Below are positions 25,216 through 36,010 of a stretch of 64,000 nt of DNA, in pieces (position 1 is the stretch's first letter; each line of letters begins with the position of its first letter). The stretch is taken from the NCBI GenBank assembly GCA_964252035.1, contig OZ176207.1; one strand, written 5' to 3'. Made by a program: the position numbers and the translations under genes. The notes under the pieces were generated by a model, which ran no database searches, was not told where the DNA came from, and saw only the letters and a list, made by a program, of their open reading frames with translations. The DNA is from Podarcis erhardii (Eukaryota).

Positions 25216-25879
25216 GCATACTGGGAGAAGTGAATTGTTGCAAGAGCAAGCTACTGTCAAGCAATGTAGCTGAGATAATAGAATTGTAATATTGGAACGA
25301 ACCTGTAAGAGCCATCTAGTCCAAGCCTGACCACTGGTCCTGCTAGCTAGGGACAATGGGAGTTGTGGTCCAACCACAGCTGGAAATCCCAGTTTAGGAA
25401 ACCCTGATCTAGATGAATCCTCTGTTGGATCTTGGCCCTTTCTGCAAATAAAAATAAGCCTTTCCATTTGCATGAGGTCAAGTCTGGATCCAACCCATTC
25501 CAAATGAATTGAACACATGAAAAGAACAAATGTAAGCAATAAATTTCAATATTTCCATACCAGTTATTTTTAAAAACAACTGACAATGCAGTCTTCTTTA
25601 CATTGAATGAAATGTAAATACACAAAAGGGTATTCAAATGGACTGAGGATTGCGAGTAAACCTGACTGTACACAATGTATACCATGACCATTTTTTCTTT
25701 AAGTGCCATTCAAGTAGGGAGGACACTTGTTTTGGTTTCACATTAAACCTTGAGGTCAACTGAACTTAGGCTGATCAGAGTGGTATTAAAAGCAGTAGCT
25801 TACACTATAGAACTTGAGTAAAGAATTGTGCACAAAGCTTGCTACTATTTCCCACCTAACTTGCAACAACTTTCTACAC

Positions 25880-26018
25880 CAGGGATGGACGACTTGTCTC
25901 CCTTCAGAGGCTGCTGAACTTCCAACTCTCTTCATCCCTGACCACTAGTCATATTTGCTGAGGCTGCTGGGAAGTGGATTCTGACCACCTCTGGGGGGCC
26001 ACAGGTTCCTCACCCATG
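25880..26018. mobile_element. Palindromic hAT-type MITE
   Basis: cagggatgg...ctcacccatg ends; TSD ttctacac/tactacac (7/8). Confidence 0.7.
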
Positions 26019-26671
26019 TACTACACAAATTCCAGCAGTGGAACCAAGTAGTACAAAAAAAGGAGCAGTGTGTAAAACAAGAGCTTCTGAGAGTTTTCCA
26101 ATTTACTGTATAAAACTTTCACCAGCTAATTGTTCAAAGTTGTCAATATTGGCTGACAACACTGTACAGGTGGCGATCATTTTGCATGCGTTCAACCGAT
26201 GCGCAACTGACTGCTTTTGGAATAGGCCAGAATGGAGCGCAAGAGGGTTGGCTTCTGTGCACTCCGCTGATGTGCTCAGGGCCAGGAAGGCAATCCCTGT
26301 AAAAATCAGGGGGAGGGAACTGTATAGACATATGAGTGACATCTCATCTCTGAACTTGAATATAACTTCATAATTTAAATACACCAGGGAATCTTAGAAC
26401 TTGTTTCTGAAATTTATGTAACATCCCTGAAACTGATGCTTTCAACTTCCAAGTTCCCAAATCAGTTCACACTCAGTCACAGAAGACACCATACCACATA
26501 CATTAAAAAGAGTTAATTTTTTAAGACATAAAACACTAAAAGTGACCCTGAGTTGTGCTTTCACAAATCACTGTTAGCCATTATATACCTACAGAAGTTA
26601 AGTTCACTCAAATCTGCCCAGAAAAATGCTGAAGCGTAAATGATTGGAATAAAAGATTGGACTAGATTGCA

Positions 26672-26721
26672 GTTGGACTAGATGATCCTCAGGGTACTTT
26701 CCAACTCTACAGTTCTATGAT
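26672..26721 (+). mobile_element. CR1 LINE 3' terminal fragment
   Basis: gttggactagatgatcc...ttccaactctac..ttctatgat; similar fragments at 45207-45275 and 50682-50742. Confidence 0.7.
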
Positions 26722-26856
26722 CCTTCTATGTTTTCATTTCTCGTGGACAACTTAAAATGGGTGCTTTAACTTTTGAAATGTAAGTATGTAATGCACCCAT
26801 GGTCAATGTCAACAGAGACAATATCCAAATCTTTATCGACCAACTGAAGTGACATA

Positions 26857-27036
26857 CCGTATTTACTCGAGTCTAATGTGCCATCAAATATAATGTGCAC
26901 CTCAATTTTCAGAACCTTGAAACCAAGCAAAGTATTTGCTGCCAAATGTAAACGTGCCATCAAATCTAATGTGCACCTTAATTTTCACACTGTAATTTGG
27001 CCAAAAAAGGTGAGTGTTAGATTTGAGTAAATATGG
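26857..27036. mobile_element. Tc1/mariner (pogo-like) MITE
   Basis: TA|ccgtatttactcga...tttgagtaaatatgg|TA. Confidence 0.75.
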
Positions 27037-27707
27037 TAATATCAGCTTACATTACAAGAAGGCACTAGGTAGAAAAGACAGTACTTGCATTTATAGTCCC
27101 ATCACAGCCAGTGGCAGTTTACAGGTAACAAACTAGTGGTACGGTTACTGCCTCTAAAGAATTTACAATTTACACAGATAAGGGAGCAGATGGAAAGTAT
27201 GGCAGAGAACCCCAAAGGTAACATGGAACAATTAAATAGTCTGTGTCTCAAATAGGGATGAGAACAAGGAGATGGGGCCAAAGACTTTGTAGAAAAATTG
27301 CCTGAGAAGGGATTTGTAAGGAAAGAGGTGGTATCATGTAAATGTTTGGTGAAAGAGTCACAAAGGAGAACAAGGAACAATGGGGGCATTTAAGAGACCA
27401 TGGAACTGACTGCATCACATTCCACAGATCACTGAATTAACCATTGCCTATCCAAGAATACAGTTAGACACGAAATTAAAACTTACTGTTTTGCAGTGCT
27501 TAATTTTGAGGACCCATCTGATATACAGCTACAACTTGATTAAAGAGAATTCAACTGATCACCCTTCTCCAATCTCTCAGAAGAGCATGCAGCAAGCAGG
27601 ACAGACACAAAAATACAAGAGGTAGCCGTGTTGGTCTGCCATGGTCAAAACAAAATAAAAAAATTTCCTTCCAGTAGCACCTTAAAGACCAACTGAGTTA
27701 GTTCTAG

Positions 27708-27745
27708 GTATGAGCTTTCGTGTGCATGCACACTTCTTCAGATAG
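27708..27745 (-). ncRNA. Minimal hammerhead motif on the pre-mRNA strand (stem I 3 bp)
   Basis: cUAU-CUGAAGA-A-GUGUG(CAUG)CACAC-GAAA-G-CUC-AUAC. Confidence 0.55.
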
Positions 27746-27783
27746 GTATCTGAAGAAGTGTGCATGCACACGAAAGCTCATAC
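27746..27783 (+). ncRNA. Minimal hammerhead motif, antisense to ANKHD1
   Basis: GUAU-CUGAAGA-A-GUGUG(CAUG)CACAC-GAAA-G-CUC-AUAC read directly. Confidence 0.65.
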
Positions 27784-29274
27784 CTAGAACTAACTCAGTT
27801 GGTCTTTAAGGTGCTACTGGAAGGAAATTTTTTTATTTTGTTTTAAAAATACAAGAGACACTGATATACTGATTTCCCACTCCTTCTACCTCAGAGAAGG
27901 AAATTAACACAGCAAGGCACAAGAGAAGGGGTGGTATGGCACACAATGGAGGAGTAATAAATGTATGTGTGCACCCACACTGACAATCCTCTGGCATTTC
28001 ACTTCCAAGCTTTCATTGATCACAACATCTGCACTCTCTCTCTCTCCCCCCCCCCCACACACACCGCCGCCTGCACAGTTCATTGCCAATAAAGATCTAT
28101 CAACCACCAGACACAGCAAGTACAGGACCCTCCTTCAGAGACCACCAATGGTCTTTTTAAAGTGGTAAGAAGAGGCACCAGAAGTTCTACATCTCCCTTT
28201 GGCTGGGCTAGCTGAAGCATGATGTTGGGAAGAGAGTGAGCAAGTCATGAGCCAATTTAACAAAACAAAAGGAGAGATGCTATGGTTCTCTGACACTTCT
28301 CACTGAGTAAGCAGAACCTGAGAGCCAAGAAGAGCAACAGAGAAACATGTTACAGTGACACACATACAAAAGGGTAAGGGAAATTTAACTGGGCCAAAAT
28401 TTAATCCAGACATTATGTTTAATCAAATTATGTTGCTGCTTTCACTTTCATAATTGTATAATTTATGATCTGGAAAGATTACAACATTCCTCATTCCCAG
28501 GCAAAAGCAATGTGTCTTGCTAGAAGAAGAGATGCCATCGTTAGCCAGTAGTTATGTTCTATAAATGAAAAGGACTTCTGAAAAAAGAAATAGGTGCATC
28601 TCTTAACTGCGTTTATGAATAAAAACAACTACTAGCCAGCTCAACAAACACACAAGATGCTGTGATGGCTCATATAAAAATAAAGACAATTTCTTGCCAA
28701 TGGGTACTTAATGTACAGAGAGAGAAAAAGTGCCTACATACAGGATTTTTTTAAAAAAAGTATGTGAAGTCTGGTGTATGAACACTTGTTGCAATTAAAT
28801 CGTTTACATGTGTACTAATAAAACTATTTTCTTCCTGCCCAGGGAGAAATTTTGAAATTCATTTCTTGGTATGTCATACTACTATTTAGGGTGATCAAAT
28901 TAAATAATAGGATCTTGCTATTCTTAAACATGGATACTTTGTTTACTTATGAAATTTGAAATTTACACCTCTGACTTACTATAGGTTCCTTCCCCCCCCC
29001 CCCAAAAAAAACTATGAGGGGAATGTTACGCAAGGTTTTTGTTGCAAGAAGTTCTCAGAACACAGGGAACGTACATGTTTGGCTCTTAGACTTTCACACT
29101 TTAGATTTTGAAATCCAAGTGTACACAAACTAAGATCTGTTTGCATACAAGGGAACATACATATATTTTAGGGAAGACGGTAGTAGTCCTAAAGTGATTA
29201 AATAGCTGAGCATTTTACCTCATGTAAGCTACCTACTGCCTTTATTTCTTTTACGACTATGATGGCAAAAGTTA

Positions 29275-29533
29275 CCCTATTTTTTGCTCTATAAGACTCA
29301 CTTTTTCCCTCCTAAAAAGAAAGAGGAAATGTGTGTGCGTCTTATGGAGCGAATGCAGGCTGCGCAGCTATCCCAGGAGCCAGAACAGCAAGAGGGATCG
29401 CTGCTTTTGCTGTACAGCGATCCTTCTTGCTGTTCTGGTTTCTGGGATTCAGAATATTTTTTTTCTTGTTTTCCTTCTCCAAAAACTAGGTGCGTCTTGT
29501 GGTCTCGTGCGTCTTATAGAGCGAAAAATACGG
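29275..29533. mobile_element. Tc1/mariner (pogo-like) MITE with internal palindrome
   Basis: TA|ccctatttttt...aaaaatacgg|TA; internal tcccaggagccagaacagcaagagggatcgctg / cagcgatccttcttgctgttctggtttctggga hairpin. Confidence 0.8.
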
Positions 29534-32500
29534 TAATTCTCCTTCCACTGGGGGATTCTGGTAAAGTTTTCCCATTTTTAAAAAACAAACGAAACAAACC
29601 TAGATTTATATTTAGTACTGTCCTAAATGGGGAAATTCAACAAAAAATAAACATTCAAATATGCACTCCAAACGTTGTGGCCTTTACCAACAATGGTTAA
29701 GAAATTCAACAGCTTTCCCCCAAATCATAGTAACCTGAATTGAAAGCTCAGTGTGAAATTTAGCATAAATCCAGTGAATCAATGAAATAAAGTATAAATG
29801 AGTATTTGAGAGCAAGGGTGCTTAACACAAAATTCAAAGTTATAGGGCTTTGGTATTTTCCTACTACTTCCCACAGTAGCTGTGGAAAATATTTCACCAT
29901 CTTCTCCTCCATAAAAGAGAATAGTTGCTTATATATGACAAGAAGACATCTACACTGAAGACAGTGTTGCATCTCCTTTTTGTACCAAATATTGAGTACC
30001 TGTTGTTATTATTATTAAATTAAATTTGAATACTGCTCTATACCTGCAGGTCTCAGGGCAATTCACAACATGAACATTACATTCAAATTGCATGCATGAA
30101 CACTCCAGCATTGCTTTTCTATCACCAGATACTCTTACATCTCATTTCCTCTGCAACATTCCCACCACCACTTGCCCAATTCTCACAAGGTGCTGTAGGC
30201 AATCCTCTCCCATCCTCAAGAGCATATGACAGATTTAAAAAAATAAAAGACATTTTTCAGTCCCTCCCAGTTCAAGTCATCAGCAAGCCTACTTTCTTTG
30301 TCATCTTTCGTCTATTACTGAAATGCTAGACATACTCATTATTAGTTTAGAAGCCAGTAATGTTGATACATATATTTCCTTTGAAATAGCAATTCCATTA
30401 AAAAAATAATGAAGTTTAACCATTAACCAATCTTGACTCAAGTTGACTCAAAATCTGGTCAGCCACATCAAAGACTGCATATTGACTACTATCAGGTATG
30501 ACGTTAACAATGCAATACTTATAAGCATCTGAATATTCTTCTAACATATGAATCTGCCCATTAAGCTGATTCAGACACTGCAATGAGCACTACTATAGTT
30601 CTTCTCGGGGGGGGGGGGGTAATCTGGGCACTAGAGAAAATCCCTAAAATTACAGCTGTTCCTCCTTCCATGATATATGCAACCTTCCCATTCATTTTAC
30701 TTGAGCAAATGAGGAACAGAGAACTGCAAAGTCTGCTGTAGGTTTCAGAAACCTACATACTCAATAAACCTAACAGCTTTATAATCTTTCAAAAAGACAT
30801 AAATCATAAACAGTACACAACTTTGGCAAATTAGTTTAACTGAGCTCCCTTAATAAATTTAGTAAGTTTACTACACATTTTCCAAACATCTTCACACCAA
30901 TTCAATTTCAAGTGGATTTTTGCCTACTCAAATTTCTGATTTCCCCCAATGCTGAATTCTAACTCTCCTAGTTCCTGGTTGGTGATATATACACTATTAA
31001 AACTTAAGTTTATTTAGTATTTGCTTCTCTCAATCAGATTTATCAGCCACATATTGACATCAAGAAGCCAAATCAGAATGAGATTTATTTTTCCTGTCCT
31101 GAGTTGAAGGGAAATCGCACAGAGCACATGGTTACTGCTGGTAAGTTAGATGGAAAATCACTTCACTTACATGATATCCATTTCAAGCAAACTTCCAACA
31201 GATTAGACAGCACCAGTTCTATGAGATATCATCTATGAAAATGTATCCATAAAATGCTGGCACAATAAAAAAGTAAAAGACACTTCATTTAGATCCATAA
31301 ATATTTTTCCTTTCTCCTACAAGGGATTCTGTTATGCTGCATTATATTTCTGAACCCAACCCAGCCAAGGGAAATCTTTTTTCTTGTTTTATCGCTCCTG
31401 ATAGTATTACTTTATTGAACATGAGCTAACAGGGTCATCAAGAGGGCTATTTTCCTTACAAGAAGAATAACTTAACATTTAATAAGCAAAAACTATATTT
31501 ACAAGTTAGGTGAGGCACCTTTCACATTCCCTTTTTCAAATTCAAAAGGAGTATTCCTGCTACATAACACAAAACAAATATAGCTTCAAAACAAAACCAA
31601 GACCCATCCAGACTGCAGTAGACTCAAATAAACACTGCTATCTACAGCTTCAACTTCTAAAAGGAATGGCCACAGCAGTTTTAGCTTTGGGGTTTTAGCA
31701 TTGGTTTTAGCAGTTTAGGATACAAACGCAAAGGAAAACTATATTCTGCCAAAGACAGTAAAGGAAAATGGAGCCAGCACATCACTGCAAACTCCACAAG
31801 GGCAAGCCCTTTTCTTACTTTCAGCCTCACAAATTACTCTACAATGAAGGTTAAAGCTTGCAGTCTATACATAAACCATGCATATGGTTTTTCTTACCTA
31901 GCATCTTACGCTATTACAAGATGTTAAAATGGTGTGATAGCTAAGCTGACAATAGCTAGTGTAGGCTAAGTTTGTTCCTAAGAAGGAGCTATCATCCCCT
32001 TTCTGCTGCAAGTATTTCTAGCGCTGCCATGTAGTTAGAGCATATTTCAAAGGGTTCATTTTCACAAGCATACGATATTCTGATATTACTATATATGAAT
32101 GAGTAAGCCTGTAGGTTAATTTCCAAATAAAGCTGCTGGTGTTTTAATACATCAAAGTCTCCTTGCTACAGAGGTGTGTCAGGTCATACAAATGGCACCT
32201 TCACGAGAGTGTTGAAATCATGAGCCCAGTGATACCTTCAGAGAGGCAAGTGTCAACTAGACATATTTCCATAACACCATTTGGTTTCTTGTAACTAGTT
32301 TTCCTTAAAAAGTTACTACTACTGAAGTGGAAGCCCAAAGGATTGATATAGGAAGATTTCAATAGAGCAAAATATTAATATTTAACCTTTGATAAAGCAA
32401 CCCAAATATTTGGGAATTTATAACTTGAATGCCAACATTAAGAGCACTAAGAAAGAAATATATTTAAAACAAATACTCCCCAAAGGGAAAATTGCAAGAG

Positions 32501-32563
32501 GGAATGAGGGCAGAGGGAACGGAGCACACACATTAATGCAAGAAAACATATTTCTCAACCCAC

Positions 32564-33313
32564 CTGCTAGCAGGTCATCAAGAGTGTCGGTTAGCGTCTG
32601 TGCTGGAGTGGCAACCATTAATCCGTCTGGTTCTTGAACTAACAGCCCCTGACCATGTCCTGCAATTGGCTGCTGTTGTCCTACATTTTGCTGATTACCT
32701 AATACTTTCTGAAGTTCAAAAGAATCTGTCCCATTACAGCCTAGGTTACTTGAAAAATTACACTGTGGCGTTGACAAAGGTTGGAGAGGGACAAACCCGG
32801 CTTGCTTAGCAGATGGTGGAGAGTGCTGCTGCTCATCTTTACCTGCCAGGATTCTGTCAACCTGCCATAACTCTGAAAAGCTATCCCCAGGCAGACCCTC
32901 ATTGCCTTCCACTTCTGGGAGGACACCTGTGTGTGGGCACTGCTGCTGATGGGTAAGGGGTGACTCTGTCTGACCTTTGGTCTCCAAATATTCTTTGGTA
33001 AATTGCTGTTGTGTTTTCATCTGTAATTGCCTTTCCACCTTTTGCAGCTCCTTCAGTATTTTCTTCTTCTTCTGCACTTGTTCTTCTCTGTTCTTTTTGA
33101 GCTCTTCAATCTTATCTTTATTCAAAGGTTCACCTTGAATTAACTCCAATGATTTAAGCTGTGCTTTTTCAATAGCGCTAATTCTCTGTCCAAGTTCATT
33201 CAGCTTGCCTTCAGTTTCTTCCACTATACATTCCAAAGGCTGGTATGGGTGAAAAGGTGACAGTAGCTCCTGATCTGCTACCTGAAGGGAAGTTGACTTC
33301 TGCTTGGATGTAC
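32564..33313 (-). CDS. ANKHD1: ANKHD1 exon ~15 (GTSKQKSTSLQVAD...TLTDTLDDLLA), 750 nt, symmetric phase 1; coiled-coil/linker between the ankyrin clusters
   Basis: cttag|GT acceptor, G|gtgggt donor; lies within track ORF 32418..33347. Confidence 0.96.
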
Positions 33314-34036
33314 CTAAGCACACGAAAAATGTTTGAAAAAATGCCATGCTGAGGTTAACCCATACCCCACGCTTTTCCCACCCAAAACTTTATAACTAAC
33401 CACATTAGCATAAAATAGATTAAAGTCTACACCTCATATCAGGACAGACAGCACAAGACAGAATTGTAATTTTAAAATGGACCCTAGCTTCCAGTTGTAA
33501 AAAACTATGTTAATATTAAAATAAAAATGTGTCCCCTTAAGTATTGTTTATCAAATAAATAAAATTCTACTGCAAAAAATACAGAATATTTACCGATGTC
33601 TTGACTACTAACGTTCAGACAGACAAAAGAAGCAAAATCCTATAAATACGCTGCAACACTAGAGACTTAACTTGCAGAACACACACAACATCCAACACAT
33701 ATGCCACGCTACCTATCTCTGGGAGTTGTGCTTTAAGAACATACTGTAAAAATTGCAAACAGCTATATTCCTCAGTACACGGACCAATGCAAAAGTCTTG
33801 AACATTTATTAAAAGCAAATGAGCATTTGCTGCAGAAAGCCCTGTTTCTCTGAACAGTTCAGTTCAAAGGTTTAAACGCACCACAAAAGGCATCCAGCAA
33901 GAAATAGCTATCCTGTATCAGTACCTCTACAAATTCAAGTCATCCTTTGCTCAGAGCTTTGCTGTGCAGCTGTCAAAAGTCAATGTTACATTAATGCACT
34001 AATATTTAACCCCCCCCAAAAAAATATTAGTTTGTG

Positions 34037-34125
34037 TCAAAACAAAACAAATTCCTTCCAGTAGCACCTTAAAGACCAACTAAGTCAGTTCTTGGTATGA
34101 GCTTTCGTGTGCATGCACACTTCTT
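34037..34125. mobile_element. Truncated Penelope pseudo-LTR fragment (hammerhead core incomplete)
   Basis: Matches the 23470-23556 segment and stops before the CUGA complement. Confidence 0.7.
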
Positions 34126-35439
34126 TGTGTGTGAGGGAGAGGGAGAAAAAGAAAACTACTAAAAGATACAACATTTAATGGGGTGAATATGCAATTTCAA
34201 GATGGCCTTTATGTACCCTCAAGTTTCAAAATGACATGGCAACACAAGCTGTTCTAATAATCTCAAACCAGTTTATTTGACAAGACAGAGCATTACTACT
34301 ACCGGCTTTTAATGCTGTGTTTTGACTCAGATTTTATGATACTCACAGCAACTCTTATACTATAACACCACTACAACAAATTTAGCTAAAAATGAACTAA
34401 TGTGTGGGTTTGGGGCGCTATAGTTATATATATATTCAATGTCAAGTTCTGAACGATATGCTTAAAAAGGTTAGTACTGTCTTGATGCAAGATTAATTGA
34501 GCTTTCCTATCTTTGGAGTTGTGCTGAGGCATAAAACCTTGCAAACCTATAGGCACAATTAAATTATATTGCCTTAATAGGACCAGTGTGATATACATTA
34601 AGGTAACTGACACCGCCTGCAGTATGAAAGTCACATATTAAGCCAACTTTAAAGTTGCGAGCACACCAAGTAATTAACTGGACCACTGTTATGTTTTTAT
34701 TTTCTCAACACATCAGGACTGTTAATTCTATCAGTCATCTGAAGAGAGAAGCATTTGGTCACCATTCACCTTCATTATGAATCTTTTTACATTAACATAT
34801 GCCACTTTTTTATTTGAAGAAAAAACCTAAATTCATCTGTATTACTCTAAGAATAATATTAAAGTGAACTAAGTTTGGTCACAGCTCAAAGCATAGACCT
34901 AGGACTGTGCTGATTTGACTTGAGGATGGGATTTGTATATGTCAACTCTCTCCCTTTACCTTCTCCCATCACATATTTTTGACAGTATTATTATTCTACT
35001 GGGATCCAATACAAATAAACATTTTGAATATTTCAAAACTACTCCAAAAATATTATATTGATACCATATACAAAAAATATAATCTAACAACAAGCTATAG
35101 GGCATAGGTACATTGAGTCTCACAAGGTTAGCCTAATAGGGAATTTAAGTTATCAGGAAGTCCAGGAGGAGAAAACCAGAGAGACGAGATACTGTGCTCA
35201 TAACAGAAAACAGATGGAAGTTGTAGTACAGCAACATCTGGAGGGCACCATGTTGACCACACCTGGTATAAGCCGAGGCAGAAGAGCAATGCTGGAGGAA
35301 GCTTCATGTATAATTGTTTTCTAAAGGAGCATCAAAACTTGTGTCAGAGAAAACATGCGCCTTGAAATATCTGAATGGCTAAGGTGAAATATGTTTTTGG
35401 CCACCTCAGAGGAAGGTAATATTCACAAGTTGGCAAAAA

Positions 35440-36010
35440 GTAGGTCTCTTGGGCCTTGGCAGTTGTATTATCAGGTGCCACAGGGCACTTTTTTTATCCC
35501 TAACGATATTTAACATCTACATAGAGCAGCTGGAAATGGTTGTTATGGGCTTTGGAGCAGTGTCAACTCTTCTCTGCAACATCTGAATTATAATTGGCTA
35601 TGTGGGCTTTGGACCAGTGCCTGGGCCCAGGAGTGGGATGGATAAGGGCCAATAAACTGAATTTAAGCCCTGGCAAAAAGGAGGCCCTGTGGATAAGTGG
35701 TTCCCAGGTCTGGGAGATACATCAGTGACCTGTTCTGGACAGACTTACACTCCATCTGAAGCAGCGGGTACTTTTTACCAGCTTTGTTTTGTAAGACAAT
35801 TATAACAGTTTCTGGAATAAGATAGCTTGGCCACAGTAGTCCAGGCATTGGAAACCTCAGGACTGGATGACCTACATGCCTTGACCTTAGCCAGAAAGGT
35901 GTAGAATGCAGCAGCTAGGCTGTTAACTGTAGTATCCCATCAACCCCATATACCACTTCTGGTGAGAGTGCTACACTGGCTACTAATATGCTATAGGGCA
36001 CCATTCATCA
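35440..36010 (+). mobile_element. Highly degraded L2 fragment
   Basis: QVPQG...IFNIY, WIRANKLNLSP and LHWLL remnants. Confidence 0.6.

Larger units (their letters stand above)
27622..27844. mobile_element. Penelope-like inverted pseudo-LTR pair (perfect 98-bp inverted repeat)
   Basis: Arms 27647-27744 and 27747-27844; 13-bp TSD aaaaatacaagag (27609-27621 and 27845-27857). Confidence 0.8.

Noticed and set aside
23434-27844. Repeated ~100-200-bp palindromic units superficially like CRISPR repeats or pre-miRNAs
   Set aside because: Eukaryotic intron, no spacer array; TSDs and hammerhead motifs point to Penelope-type insertions
32418-32563. Read-through of the exon 15 ORF giving a hydrophobic 48-aa tail
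   Set aside because: There is a valid donor at 32564 and the frame continues into exon 16; no independent evidence of intron retention
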